64,000 nucleotides of DNA from Macrostomum lignano (GCA_002269645.1 NIVC01000305.1:124001-188000), one strand, 5' to 3'; counted from the first letter of the stretch, positions 48,904-62,446 are shown. Notes: generated by a model not told the origin, from the sequence alone. Numbers and translations are program-made.

Positions 48904-51900
48904 TCAGTAGGCTCGCATCGAAGCCTGATAGATACCGGCAATATCGTCGCGGGTCTGCGGACAGGGCGCAATGCTGCGCAGTCGCTGCTGCGGCAGGACA
49001 CCCTCGACAAGCGAGTCGATGTGCGAAGCGTCAAAGCCCAGTGCCTGAAGGCCGTCGGGCACGTCAAGATCGTGCATAAGCTGGCGCACCTGGTCGGAGA
49101 GAACCTGAATGAATACGAAGGAAAAATGATTAGAAAACTCAAAAAGTGCACATGAATAGAACAAAAATACCTATCCATACCATAAATTATATTGAATTTT
49201 TTTGATACACCACTAATATTAGAAATATAAAAAATACGCTAAGAAATTAATCAATTAAATTGAGGCTACAAATTATAACGAGCTTTTATTTAAAACTCTA
49301 CTAAAAGTAGAAATACAAGAAAAATAGGCTAAGAAAATAGTCAAAAAATTTAGGCTTCATAGTATACCGAATTTTTATTTGATACTCTACTAACAGTAGA
49401 AATATAAGAAAATACGCTAAAAAATTATTAAATCTTGTTGAAAGCTGTACTGTTTATCTTCTAAGATTCTAAACTAATATTTTATAGCCACTAAACAACA
49501 CCCACCTTCCCAGCATCCTCCCGTTTCTTCCAGGTCACATCGGCGCCCAGCAGTCGGGCAGCCTCCAAGTGCCGGTCAGGCGAAGCGGCACCGGTGAACT
49601 CGAACACCTTCGGCGCGGTGATCACCACTGACAGTCCGTGCGGAATCAGGGCGTGCTGATCGGAATAGCCTTCGGACCTGTAGCCGCCGCTGCTTACAGA
49701 CGTCCCCAACCCGGAGATGGGGTAGGACAGGCCGTGGCACAGGTGCACCCCAGCATTGCCGAAGCCAACGCCAGCCATGCAGGCGGCCAGGTGCATGGCC
49801 GACCGAGCCTCCGAGTCGCTCGGGTTGCGTACGGCCCGACGAAAATAGCGGGCCGACGCGTCCAGGGCCCAGCGGCACCAGACATCGCTGATTGGATTGG
49901 AGCCCTGTGGCATGGGATGTGATTGACAGGTTGGAGACCCCTGTGTCAGACAGGTTGGAGACCCCTGTGTCAGACAGGTTGGAGACCCCAGTGTCTGACA
50001 GGTTGGAGACCCCAGTGTCAGACAGGTTGGAGACCCCAGTGTCAGACAGGTTGGAGACCCCAGTGTCTGACAAGTGAGAGACCCCAGTGTCAGACAGGTT
50101 GGAGACCCCAGTGTCTGACAAGTGAGAGACCCCAGTGTCCGACAGGTTGGAGACCCCAGTGTCCGACAGGTTGGAGACCCCAGTGTCTGACAAGTGAGAG
50201 ACCCCAGTGTCCGACAGGTTGGAGACCCCAGTGTCCGACAGGTTGGAGACCCCAGTGTCTGACAGGTTGGAGACCCCAGTGTCTGACAGGTTGGAGACCC
50301 CAGTGTCAGACAGGTTGGAGACCCCAGTGTCTGACAAGTGAGAGACCCCAGTGTCTGACAGGTTGGAGACCCCTGTGTCTGACAGGTTGGAGAGCCAGTG
50401 TCTGAAAGGTTGGAGACCCCAGTGTCTGACAGGTTGGAGAGCCAGTGTCTGAAAGGTTGGAGACCCCAGTGCAGACAGGTTGGAGACCCCAGTGTCTTAC
50501 AAGTGAGAGACCCCAGTGTCTGACAGGTTGGAGACCCCTGTGTCTGACAGGTTGGAGAGCCAGTGTCTGAAAGGTTGGAGACCCCAGTGTCTGACAGGTT
50601 GGAGAGCCAGTGTCTGAAAGGTTGGAGACCCCAGTGTCTGACAGGTTGGAGACCCCAGTGTCTAACAGTTAACTACTCCGTGTCTAACAGGTAACTAATC
50701 CGTGTCTAACAGGTAACTAATCCAAGGCCAAACCTGATAAGCCGGCCTCAGCTTGGGATCAATGGGTCGCGGCGTTCTCTGATCGAACGGCAGTGCAGTG
50801 AAAGACTCCAACGCGTGACAGACAACATCGAAGCCGCTGTAGGCAGACACGCGGTTGGGCATGCTGGCTGTGTGATCGGGATCGATCAGGCCCAGAGTGG
50901 GTCTGAGGGCTCTATTGGCGATCCCAGTCTTTGCGTGCATAGATTCCAGGTCGAAAACGGCTACCCCGGTTGTCTCGCTACCGGTGCCCGAGGTGGTTGG
51001 CACCGCAATTAACGGCTTAAGTTCGTGAGTGACAGGCAGGCCGCGACCAATGGGAGCGTTCACGTAGTCTAAGAAGTCGGCTTTGGGGTTGGTGACGTAG
51101 AGATTGGCAGCTTTGGCCGTGTCGATCACGCTGCCGCCGCCTACGGCAATGAAAGCGTCGTAGTTAGCGGCTCCGGCAGCCTTGATTGCCGCTTTGAACG
51201 AGGAGTCCGTGGGTTCGACTCTGACGTCTGGATAGACGTCGAATGGGACTGAGTTGGATGCGAGACTGTCGGCTACCTGAGATGCGTGGAGTGTTGGTTT
51301 GGAGCTGGTAATGTCTAACAGCAGTGTATGATCCGTGTCTAACAGTGTATGATCCGTGTCTAACAGTGTATGATCCGTGTCTAACAGTGTATGATCCGTG
51401 TCTAACAGCAGTGTATGATCCGTGTCTAACAGTGTATGATCCGTGTCTAACAGCAGTGTATGATCCGTGTCTAACAGTGTATGATCCGTGTCTAACAGCA
51501 GTGTATGATCCGTGTCTAACAGTGTATGATCCGTGTCTAACAGCAGTGTATGATCCGTGTCTAACAGCAGTGTATGATCCGTGTCTAACAGTGTATGATC
51601 CGTGTCTAACAGTGTATGATCCGTGTCTAACAGCAGTGTATGATCCGTGTCTAACAGTGTATGATCCGTGTCTAACAGTGTATGATCCGTGTCTAACAGT
51701 GTATGATCCGTGTCTAACAGCAGTGTATGATCCGTGTCTAACAGTGTATGATCCGTGTCTAACAGCAGTGTATGATCCGTGTCTAACAGCAGTGTATGAT
51801 TCGTGTCTAACAGCAGTGTATGATCCGTGTCTAACAGCAGTGTATGATCCGTGTCTAACAGCAATGTATGATCCGTGTCTAACAGTGTATGATCCGTGTC

Positions 51901-53798
51901 TAACAGCAGTGTATGATCCGTGTCTAACAGCAGTGTATGATCCGTGTCTAACAGCAGTGTATGATCCGTGTCTAACAGTGTATGATCCGTGTCTAACAGC
52001 AGTGTATGATCCGTGTCTAACAGTGTATGATCCGTGTCTAACAGCAGTGTATGATCCGTGTCTAACAGCAGTGTATGATCCGTGTCTAACAGTGTATGAT
52101 CCGTGTCTAACAGCAGTGTATGATCCGTGTCTAACAGTGTATGATCCGTGTCTAACAGCAGTGTATGATCCGTGTCTAACAGCAGTGTATGATCCGTGTC
52201 TAACAGTGTATGATCCGTGTCTAACAGCAGTGTATGATCCGTGTCTAACAGTGTATGATCCGTGTCTAACAGCAGTGTATGATCCGTGTCTAACAGCAGT
52301 GTATGATCCGTGTCTAACAGCAGTGTATGATCCGTGTCTAACAGCAGTGTATGATCCGTGTCTAACAGCAGTGTATTATCCGTGTCTAACAGCAGTGTAT
52401 GATCCGTGTCTAACAGCAGTGTATGATCCGTGTCTAACAGCAGTGTATGATCCGTGTCTAACAGCAGTGTATGATCCGTGTCTAACAGTGTTTGATCCGT
52501 GTCTAACAGTGTTTGATCCGTGTCTAACAGTGTTTGATCCGTGTCTAACAGTGTATGATCCTTGTCTAACAGCAGTGTATGATTCGTGTCTAACAGCAGT
52601 GTATGATCCGTGTCTAACAGTGTATGATCCGTGTCTAACAGTGTATGATCCGTGTCTAACAGTGTATGATCCGTGTCTAACAGTGTATGATCCGTGTCTA
52701 ACAGCAATGTATGATCCGTGTCTAACAGTGTATGATCCGTGTCTAACAGCAGTGTATGATCCGTGTCTAACAGCAGTGTATGATCCGTGTCTAACAGCAG
52801 TGTATGATCCGTGTCTAACAGCAGTGTATGATCCGTGTCTAACAGCAGTGTATGATCCGTGTCTAACAGCAGTGTATGATCCGTGTCTAACAGCAGTGTA
52901 TGATCCGTGTCTAACAGCAGTGTATGATCCGTGTCTAACAGCAGTGTATGATCCGTGTCTAACAGCAGTGTATGATCCGTGTCTAACAGCAGTGTATGAT
53001 CCGTGTCTAACAGCAGTGTATGATCCGTGTCTAACAGCAGTGTATGATCCGTGTCTAACAGTGTATGATCCGTGTCTAACAGCAGTGTATGATCCGTGTC
53101 TAACAGCAGTGTATGATCCGTGTCTAACAGCAGTGTATGATCCGTGTCTAACAGTGTATGATCCGTGTCTAACAGCAGTGTATGATCCGTGTCTAACAGT
53201 GTATGATCCGTGTCTAACAGCAGTGTATGATCCGTGTCTAACAGTGTATGATCCGTGTCTAACAGTGTATGATCAGTGTCTAACAGCAGTGTATGATCCG
53301 TGTCTAACAGTGTATGATCAGTGTCTAACAGCAGTGTATGATCCGTGTCTAACAGCAGTGTATGATCCGTGTCTAACAGCAGTGTATGATCCGTGTCTAA
53401 CAGCAGTGTATATGTCTAACAGCGGTATGTGATCTCTCTAACCGGGTCTACCTAATTCATGATCCGTGTCCGTTCAAATTTAAATTTAACCCTTGCCTAA
53501 CCTTTTTAAACGGCGGCAACTCAGCCAGGTTGTTGTCGGTAAATACAAGAACTCGCTTAGCGCCCAGATTGACAACATCCTGCCCGATTTCTCGGGTCAC
53601 TCCGGGGCCGTAGCGCACGGTAGATACGGCCATCTCAAAGGCGTACTCAGTCTCTTGCACAGTCTGATGGCAGCGCCTCAGCACCCCGCCGTGATGGCGA
53701 TGGCCGCAGGCGCTATGAGCGGGACAAGCGTTGCCAGCGCCACGTTCGAGCACCTCTCGCATAGCGGTCAGCACGCGAGAGCGCAATTGTTGTGTCAT
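48904..53798 (-). CDS. ADHFE1: Mitochondrial hydroxyacid-oxoacid transhydrogenase (Fe-ADH family, ~479 aa); exons 53798-53502, 51276-50734, 49904-49506, 49104-48904
   Basis: [80 protein letters not shown]; all introns are phase-0 GT-AG. Confidence 0.95.
49920..50720. repeat. 24-bp minisatellite (gacaggttggagaccccagtgtct) in ADHFE1 intron 2
   Basis: Tandem units. Confidence 0.95.
51313..53430. repeat. 21/24-bp minisatellite (tgtatgatccgtgtctaacag +/- cag) in ADHFE1 intron 1
   Basis: ~2.1 kb, very homogeneous, two length variants. Confidence 0.97.
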
Positions 53799-55131
53799 TT
53801 TTATTGAATTGTTATATAATTAGTTTTTCTGTCACTGAAAAGCCTACTTAGTAGCGTTCAGTAGTGTGTAGCGCAAATTGGCGTCGAAATTGACGAACTG
53901 AAAATTTTGCGTGCGAAAAAAAACTAGAAATTAACCTCATCTTTGTAAATAAAATCATGTTATCTCCGAATAGTTATACGTAAGACTAAAAAATCGTGAA
54001 AATCTTCTGGTAAGATCTAAATATTGTACATATTTTTCATAGTTAAAGAAGAACGGATATCTAATTTTAAAAGCCTATAAAGTAAAGATAGGTTGGGCCA
54101 TAGACATACGCAAATCGCTGAGTATACACTGTTAACCTAGACTTCTGGGACCTTCTATATTGCAACGATGTCTATGGCCAAAAATGGGTTTAAATCAGAC
54201 TGTTATTTCTTGATTTCATGAACGAAGCATTTCTGTCATCTAAGACCATTGCCTCCATAGCATCACAAATCTCTTTTTATTGACCCTCCATTCCTCTTAT
54301 TGACTCTCCATTCGGTTTTCGGGGTTTTCTGAAAAACTTCCAGATTGCAGTTTTTCTAACTTACGGAAGAAAGTCACATTTTAAACCCACCAGTTGATTT
54401 TAGTCGGAAAAATGAAATTGTAAGTGTTTTAATGAATTATGCCTGTCTTTGACCCAGTTGTGTCATTTTGTGGGTGTGTGTGTGCTGTCAATGGTCCAAC
54501 CTATTTTTTATTCTAAAAGCTAGGAGCTTTAGCTTTGCATTTCAGTCTCCTGTTTTTACTAGATTAAAAAAGCTTTTCTCAGAAGTCAGTAACTTCAGCA
54601 CTAACAGGGTATCGCAAAGCAACTTTTAATCTCTGTCAGATATGCAAACTCGAAAATTAGAAGCTACATAAGGCTTTGGTTTATCAGATTCTTAGAACTC
54701 TTAGAAGTTAGTTAACTTCTTGAATTTATCAGCATAGGGGCAAGAGTAAGGTTATTGCTGGGGTTGACATTTACAGTCATTTTGCAAATCTAAAGCTCAA
54801 ATGTTTCTAAAATAATCTCGCGAATTCTCACCCAGAGCTCACCCTTTCCTCGAAAACCAATTATTAGAATAAGCAAATGAAAATAAAAAAAGCTTTTTTT
54901 CTAAACACTAGTCTTTCATATCGAAACAAGATCGAAGATCATCGTTCGATATGTTGCCCATTTAAACTAGAGCACAACAACCAACATATATTGAAGCAGA
55001 CAATCAAAATTGACATTTAGAAAATTTTATTTTAGACCTAATAATAATATAATCATTCGCAACGCCTGACACGCACTCAAACTCACGCTCACACAGCGGG
55101 TCCCCTGACTGTCTAATCATCAGCCATGTAC

Positions 55132-55145
55132 ACTCTCTCTCTCTC

Positions 55146-55200
<55 letters not shown>
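55132..55200. repeat. (CT)n microsatellite
   Basis: Dinucleotide run. Confidence 0.95.
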
Positions 55201-55202
<2 letters not shown>

Positions 55203-55505
55203 GCCTTGGGGGTTTTTTTTTATTTTTATTAGAGGCAGGGGGGGTTGTGTGCACCCTGGCGCACTTTAAGCGACATAGGCACACAACCGGCGAGAGGCAT
55301 TGCTGCCCATTCCGCCGACTCCCCTGAGCAGGCATACAAGCGCGCGGATACGTACGCAGGCACACACTCACACAGGAGTGTACAGCGGCCCTAACTTTTT
55401 TTTATCGTTAGGCATGTACACTTCACTGCGCCTTGGGGGGTTGGCTCTCAAGGCCGTTAATTGCACAAGCGAGCCAAGCCGAAATTCCAATTCAGCCCCA
55501 AATTA

Positions 55506-55580
55506 ATGTGGCTGCACTTGGAATCGAGCCTGGGTCGCGGCACACCAGAGCAGCTGCGCTACCGCTGGGCTACGGCCCCC
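55506..55580 (-). mobile_element. tRNA-like SINE head within a repetitive island (55120-55700)
   Basis: Minus strand gggccgtagcccagcggtagcgc (A box)...ggctcgattcc (B box); cloverleaf incomplete. Confidence 0.5.
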
Positions 55581-56194
55581 CTCGCGCCTTGGGGGTTGGC
55601 CCGCATGGCTGTGAATCTCGTGAATGTGACTGCTCACAGAATCGAACCAAGGGCTCGTGGCGCATTCACCATTGTGGAGTAAAACATTTAAACAAAAAAC
55701 TTGGACTAACAGAGGAGAGGACAAAATAAAAAAATTCTGCTGTCACAACTAAAAAAAACAAATAAATTTTAGGAAATTGACGACGCAAAAAGCCATCGTG
55801 ACAAAAAACGCTAGTGGATTGGTGTGTAGTAAATATCACTAGCAAGTCTAATAAAAAATCAACACATTACAGTCGATGGACATTGCTCAGAAAAAAAATT
55901 TACTTAAAAACAGCTTCGCTACAGCGGAAAGACAACAGACAGACGAATACAATTGAGAGCAAGATAATTGCGAAGAAACCATAAAATTGAACTCTAAATA
56001 AAACGTCAGCTTCTTAAATTGAGGAGTATCTAAGAGATTCAAAATGGAATATAACCAGAAGCGTAAAAAAATCGTAATAACTATTAGAAAGCTGTCCTGT
56101 TAAAGTGCACACACACATAAGTATAATAAAAAATAAAAAGGAGTACACACTGTGCTCAGTTGTGACATTTGAAGTTGCTAGCAAGTCAGAAAAA

Positions 56195-57595
56195 TTTTGC
56201 GGATTTCCCGAAGCTAAAATTGGGGGATTCCCTAAGTTAGAATTGAGGGATTTTCCGAAGCTAAAATTGGGGGATTCCCGAAGCTAAAATTGGGGCATTC
56301 TCGAAGCTAAAATTTGGGCATTCTCGAAGCTAAAATTGGGGGATTTTCCGAAACTAAAATGGGGGATTTCCTGTAGCTAAAATTGGGGGATTCCCGAAGT
56401 TAAAATTGAGGGATTTTCAGAAGCTAAAATTGGGGGATTCCCGAAGCTAAAATTGGGGAATTTCCCAAAACTAAAATGGGGGATTTCCTGTAGCTAAAAT
56501 TGGGGCATTCTCGAAGCTAAAATTTGGGCATTCTCGAAGCTAAAATTGGGGGATTTTCCGAAACTAAAATGGGGGATTTCCTGTAGCTAAAATTGGGGCA
56601 TTCTCGAAGCTAAAATTTGGGCATTCTCGAAGCTAAAATTGGGGGATTTTCCGAAACTAAAATGGGGGATTTCCTGTAGCTAAAATTGGGGGATTCCCTA
56701 AGTTAAAATTGAGGGATTTTCAGAAGCTAAAATTGGGGGATTCCCGAAGCTAAAATTGGGGAATTTCCCAAAACTAAAATGGGGGATTTCCTGTAGCTAA
56801 AATTGGGGGGATTCTTGAAGTTAAAATTGAGGGATTTTCCGAAGCTGAAATTGGGGGATTTTCCGAAACTAAAATGGGGGATTTCCTGTAGCTAAAATTG
56901 GGGGATTCCCGAAGCTAAAATTTGGGCATTCTCGAAGCTAAAATTGGGGGATTTTCCGAAACTAAAATGGGGGATTTCCTGTAGCTAAAATTGGGGGATT
57001 CCCTAAGTTAAAATTGAGGGATTTTCAGAAGCTAAAATTGGGGGATTCCCGAAGCTAAAATTGGGGAATTTCCCAAAACTAAAATGGGGGATTTCCTGTA
57101 GCTAAAATTGGGGGGATTCTTGAAGTTAAAATTGAGGGATTTTCCGAAGCTGAAATTGGGGGATTTTCCGAAACTAAAATGGGGGATTTCCTGTAGCTAA
57201 AATTGGGGGATTCCCGAAGCTAAAATTTGGGCATTCTCGAAGCTAAAATTGGGGGATTTTCCGAAACTAAAATGGGGGATTTCCTGTAGCTAAAATTGGG
57301 GGATTCCCTAAGTTAAAATTGAGGGATTTTCAGAAGCTAAAATTGGGGGATTCCCGAAGCTAAAATTGGGGAATTTCCCAAAACTAAAATGGGGGATTTC
57401 CTGTAGCTAAAATTGGGGGGATTCTTGAAGTTAAAATTGAGGGATTTTCCGAAGCTGAAATTGGAGGATTTCCGAAACTAAAATTGGAGGATTCCCGAAA
57501 CTAAAATTAGGGGATTTCCGAAGCTAAAGAGGAATTTCCCGAAGCTAAAACTGGGGGATTTCTCGAAGCTAAACTTGGGGGTTTCCCAGTGAAAT
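56195..57595. repeat. ~21-23-bp minisatellite (gaagctaaaattgggggattcc variants) with higher-order structure, between the CoA-transferase and ADHFE1
   Basis: Tandem units with recurring multi-unit blocks. Confidence 0.95.
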
Positions 57596-57809
57596 TGGGA
57601 GAACTATCTAAAAAGAAAAGGTTAATTTTTTAAATCTTCTGCTAGACTCATAAAAGTTTTCAAAAACCACAAAAAATCCACACACACGATCCGACTAAAA
57701 CAGACACGAAACAATTTGCTTTGCTAAAAAATCTGTCGTTATAATATTGCTGGAAAAATACAATTAGTTTCCGGATTGCAACAGCTCAGGGCTCAATCAA
57801 GCGTGCCTT

Positions 57810-60800
57810 CTAATCAGCGGAGGGCATGCAGCCCAGCCGTTCATAAGCCGCCTTCTCGAGAGCCTCCCGATGGTCCGGATGCGCGATCTGCACCAGATGG
57901 TGGGCTCGCTGGCGGAGATTCTTGCCCCACAGCTGGGCGATGCCGTACTCAGTCACCACGTAGTGAACGTGAGCTCGGGTTGTCACCACACCGGCGCCTG
58001 GCACAGTGGAGTGGATGAGTTTGGTGATTAATTTTAGCTGAGACTGCGGATCTGGGATATTTGGGATTTAGGATAATGGGATCTGGGAGATTGGGATCTA
58101 GGATGATAGGGATCTAAGATATTGAGGATTTGGTATATTGGGATAATAGTCCAGGTCTGTGATAATGTGGGATCTGGGAGATTGGGATCTGGATGATCAG
58201 GAACCTGGGAGATTGGGATCTGGGATACTAGGACATGGGATATTGGGATCTGGGAGATTGGGATCTGGGAGATTGTGATCTGGGAGATTAGGAACTGGGA
58301 GATTAGGATCTGGGAGATTGGGATCTGGGAGATTGGGATCTGGGTGAGATTGGGATCTGGGAGATTAGGATTAGGATCTGGGAGATTAAGATCTAGGATG
58401 ATGGGGATATTGAGGATTTGGGACACTGCGATCTGTGATAATGTGGGATCTGGAGGATTAGGGATTTAGGATATTAGAATATGGGATATAGGGGATCTAA
58501 GAGATTAAAAAACTTGAGAAATTGGGATATGTGATCTTGGGATCTAGGATATTGAGGATTGGGGATACTGGGATCTGGGAAATAGGAAATCTACGAGTTC
58601 AGGGATCCAGAAGGGTGGCCCAGCAGCGGCGGACAACGTCTCAGGCTCTCACCCTCCTTGATGAAGGGTACAATTTTGCTACCGCCCTTCTTCGTGGCGG
58701 ACTGCAGCGCGATGATGGGCACCCCGAGACCGTCCGTAGACAGGGCGGCACCGCGGATGAAGTCCATCTGGCCGCCGACGCCGGAGTAAATGCGGGAGCC
58801 GATCGAGTCGCTGACCACCTGGCCTGTCAGGTCGATCTCGATGCACGAGTTGATGGCGGTGACTCGGGGATTCAAGTTGATGACCGACACCTTGGGGAGA
58901 AAATTTTGCCGTTGAGGCAAAAAAATTATGTTCAAAAGTATCGTTACGTGCAATACTAGAGACCTGGACGTGATAGTTTAGAGCATGCATTATATCCTGC
59001 ATGAGCCCTCCAGCCCTTACTTCAGAAACCCTTTATCCCACCCTTCGGGAAACATTCAGGAACTCTTCAGCCCATCCTTCAGGAACCCTTCATCCCACTC
59101 TTCAGGAACCCTTCATCCTACCCTTCAGGAACCCTTCATCCCACTCCTTAGCAACCCTTCATCCCACTCTTCAGGAACCGTTCATCCCACTCTTCAGGAA
59201 CCCTTCATCCCACTCTTCAGGAAACCTTCATCCCACTCTTCAGGAAACCTTCATCCCACTCTTCAGGAACCCTTCATCCCACTCTTCAGGAACCCTTCAT
59301 TACACTCTTCAGGAACCCTTCATCCCACTCTTCAGGAACCCTTCATCCCACTCTTCAGGAGCCCTTCATCCTACCCTTCAGGAACCCTTCATCCCACTTT
59401 TCAGGAACCCTTCATCCTACCCTTCAGGAATCCTTCATCCCACTCTTCAGGAACCCTTCATCCCACTCTTCAGGAACCCTTCATCCCACTCTTCAAGAAC
59501 CCTTCATCCCACCCTTTAGCAACCCTTTAACCCACCCTTCAGGAACCCTTCACCCCACCTTTCAGAAAGCCTTCACAAACGCCACAAACCAACCTGATTA
59601 ACGAACTGGATATCGCACAGTTCAACCATAGCATTATCGTCAATAAAATTAAAAACTTTATTAGTGCCAATCACGAATCCGGTGACAATTTTTCCGGGTT
59701 TAATTTTCTTCCTAGAATTCGTAATCGCGCCGGCTTCGGTTAAGTCGACAACCCCATCTGAGAACATCTCGGTGTGAACCCCTAGTTCTTTGTGCTCGGT
59801 GAGCGAGCCCAGAACAGCATCCGGTATGCTGCCAATGCCAGTCTGCAGGGTGGCGCCATTGGCCACCAAGTTGTCAGCAATGAGTTTGCCGATCTTTTGC
59901 TCCTCTGGGTTGATCTCGCGACCGGCCAGTTCGTGCATCGGCTGCGGCATGTGCACCATGCAGTCGATGTGCGAACAGTGGATAGAGGCGTCTCCGCGAG
60001 TACGGGGCAGTTTGGGATTCACCTGTTAAATGCGAATTGTTTTTATTTTTTTCTTAATCTGATCTTATCCCCTAATTACAAGGCTAACCCCTAATTGCAC
60101 CTCTAATCTGCTAATTACCACGCTAATCTCCTAATTACGCCTCTAATTCCCCTAATTACTCCGCTAATCCCATTAATCACACCTCTAGTCTCCCTAATTA
60201 CACCCCGAATCCCGCTAATAACAACTCTAATCCCCTAATTACCCCGATAATTTCCTTAATTATGCCTCTGATCCTAATTACCCCGCTAATTCCCGAGCTA
60301 ATTCCACTAATTACGCCCTTACTCCCCTAATGCTACTTCTAACCCACTAATTATACCTCTTATGCTTTAATTACGCCTTAACCCCCAGCCTCCCAATTAA
60401 ACCTGTATTAATAACCTTATTACACATGTAACTCCCTAATTAAACATCTAACCGCCTACCACTGTGTGCTTGTGTGTGTGTCTCAGCCCTGCAGCAACTC
60501 TCACCTGAGCAACAATATACCTAGCATTCTGAATGGCAGCCCTGGTACAATCAACAGACGGTCCCAGACTGCAGAATCCATGCCTATCAGGCGGCGTCAC
60601 CATAATCAGAGCGACGTCCAACTGAACGAATCCGCGCCTAAACAGCAGAGGAATCTCGGACAGAAAAATCGGCGTAAAGTCGGCCCGGCCAGCCTGGATG
60701 GCCGACCGACAATTAGACGATGTGAAGAGTGAATTGCTGCGAAAGATGCCGTCACAGTCTGGCTCATTGTAGGGCGCCTCGCCCTCGGTGTGAATGTGAA

Positions 60801-62307
60801 TAAGTCCGATGTTGCTCAGCTGCCTGCGTTTCCCAGCCTCCACCATCCGCTCGATAAGGTGAGCGGGGGTGGCCGCGCCGCCGTGAATGAAAATCTTCTG
60901 ATTGGAGTCGAGTAGCTTATCGAATACCTTTGAAATTCCAATATTATATCGCAGATTTAATAAATACTGAAAGCGATATGATTTTAAGCTTAGCACTGGT
61001 TAGAAGATCAGACAGACAGATACTCTTTAGAAAACGGGGCAGAGACACTATAAGACGCATCAAGAAGACAGGCACACAAAGACACATTGAAAGAAGCTGA
61101 GACACTCAATTCTCGAGAAAAAAAGGCAAAAACAGACACTGAGACAGGCAATAGGAGACACTGAGACATGCTATAAGAGACACTGAGACAGGCTATAAGA
61201 GACACTGAGACAGGCTATAAGAGACACTGAGACAGGCTATAAGAGACACTGAGACAGGTTCTATAAGAGACACTGAGACAGGTTCTATAAGAGACACTGA
61301 GACAGGCAATAAGAGACACTGAGACAGGCTCTATAAAAGACACTGAGACAGGCTATAAGAGACACTGAGACAGGCTATAAGAGACACTGAGACAGGCAAT
61401 AAGAGACACTGAGACAGGCTATAAGAGACACTGAGACAGGCAATAAGAGACACTGAGACAGGCAATAAGAGACACTGAGACAGGCTCTATAAAAGACACT
61501 AAGACAGGCTATAAGAGACACTGAGACAGGCTATAAGAGACACTGAGACAGGCAATAAGAGACACTGAGACAGGCTATAAGAGACACTGAGACAGGCAAT
61601 AAGAGACACTGAGACAGGCAATAAGAGACACTGAGACAGGCTATAAGAGACACTGAGACAGGCAATAAGAGACACTGAGACAGGCTATAAGAGACACTGA
61701 GACAGGCAATAAGAGACACTGAGACAGGCTATAAGAGACACTGAGACAGGCTCTATAAGAGACACTGAGACAGGCTATAAGAGACACTGAGACAGGCTAT
61801 AAGAGACACTGAGACAGGCTATAAGAGACACTGAGACAGGCTATAAGAGACACTGAGACAGGCAATGAGACACTGAGAGAGACACTAAGACAGACACTGA
61901 GACAGGCAATGAGACACTGAGACAGGCAATGAGACAGACACTGAGACAGGCAATGAGACAGACACTGAGACACTGAGACAGGCAATGAGACACTGAGACA
62001 GACACTAATACAGACACTGAGACAGACAGACATGATGAAGAAAGCCCACGAGACACATCAAGACAGAAACGCTATGATAGACACTATCACACATTTACAA
62101 TGAGTCACATACCTGATCAGCATTCAGCCACACGGGGTATTTATTAGGAATAGGGTGGAACGGCTCCTGTTGAGTGTGCAAAGTGGATGCGTAGGTGTGC
62201 GACCACCTGCTCAACCTGTGAGCGAACCCTCTGCATCGATTGGTGAGCAGCGGCAGCGAAGATGCGGCACAATTAGATACTACTTTGAGTAGGAGGCGGC
62301 TTGTCAT
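57810..62307 (-). CDS. Family I CoA-transferase, acetate:succinate CoA-transferase / 4-hydroxybutyrate CoA-transferase / acetyl-CoA hydrolase-like, mitochondrial (~490 aa); exons 62307-62113, 60927-60505, 60022-59594, 58890-58653, 57997-57810
   Basis: IFIHGGAATP, IHIHTEG, DFTPIFLSEIP, LQTGIGSIPDAVL, GVHTEMFSDG (catalytic Glu motif), IEIDLTGQVVSDSIG...SGVGGQMDFIRGA, VVTEYGIAQLWGK...IAHPDHRE; phases 0, 0, 0, 1 are consistent; presequence-like N-terminus. Confidence 0.9.
58045..58600. repeat. GGGATCT/GGAGATT satellite in CoA-transferase intron 4
   Basis: gggatctgggagatt tandem. Confidence 0.88.
59000..59575. repeat. 23-bp minisatellite (ttcaggaacccttcatcccactc) in CoA-transferase intron 3
   Basis: Tandem units. 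Confidence 0.93.
60060..60450. repeat. Degenerate ccctaattac-type repeat in CoA-transferase intron 2
   Basis: Recurrent ctaatt/ctaat motifs at ~20-bp spacing. Confidence 0.7.
61135..62030. repeat. 21-bp minisatellite (gagacactgagacaggc(t/a)ataa) in CoA-transferase intron 1
   Basis: Tandem units. Confidence 0.95.
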
Positions 62308-62446
62308 TATTATTTTAGCTCCAGCTGAAATAAAAGTACAAGAAGTGCTTTTTTATAACAATCATTATAACAATATTTATAGTGTTTGCAATGCTGTTGG
62401 ATTAAAGGACTGGGCGGTAGCTACTCGAGAAGTGTACAATCAATTA

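Noticed and set aside
50695-53432. 670- and 702-aa ORFs (LLDTDHT / VYDPCLT) suggesting a repeat-domain ADHFE1 isoform
   Set aside because: Intronic array; intron 1 is 2225 nt (not a multiple of 3) and the exon 1 frame stops at 53457, so retention cannot read through
57810-62307. Recent bacterial HGT or contamination for the CoA-transferase
   Set aside because: Four spliceosomal introns and a presequence; the family is known in invertebrates
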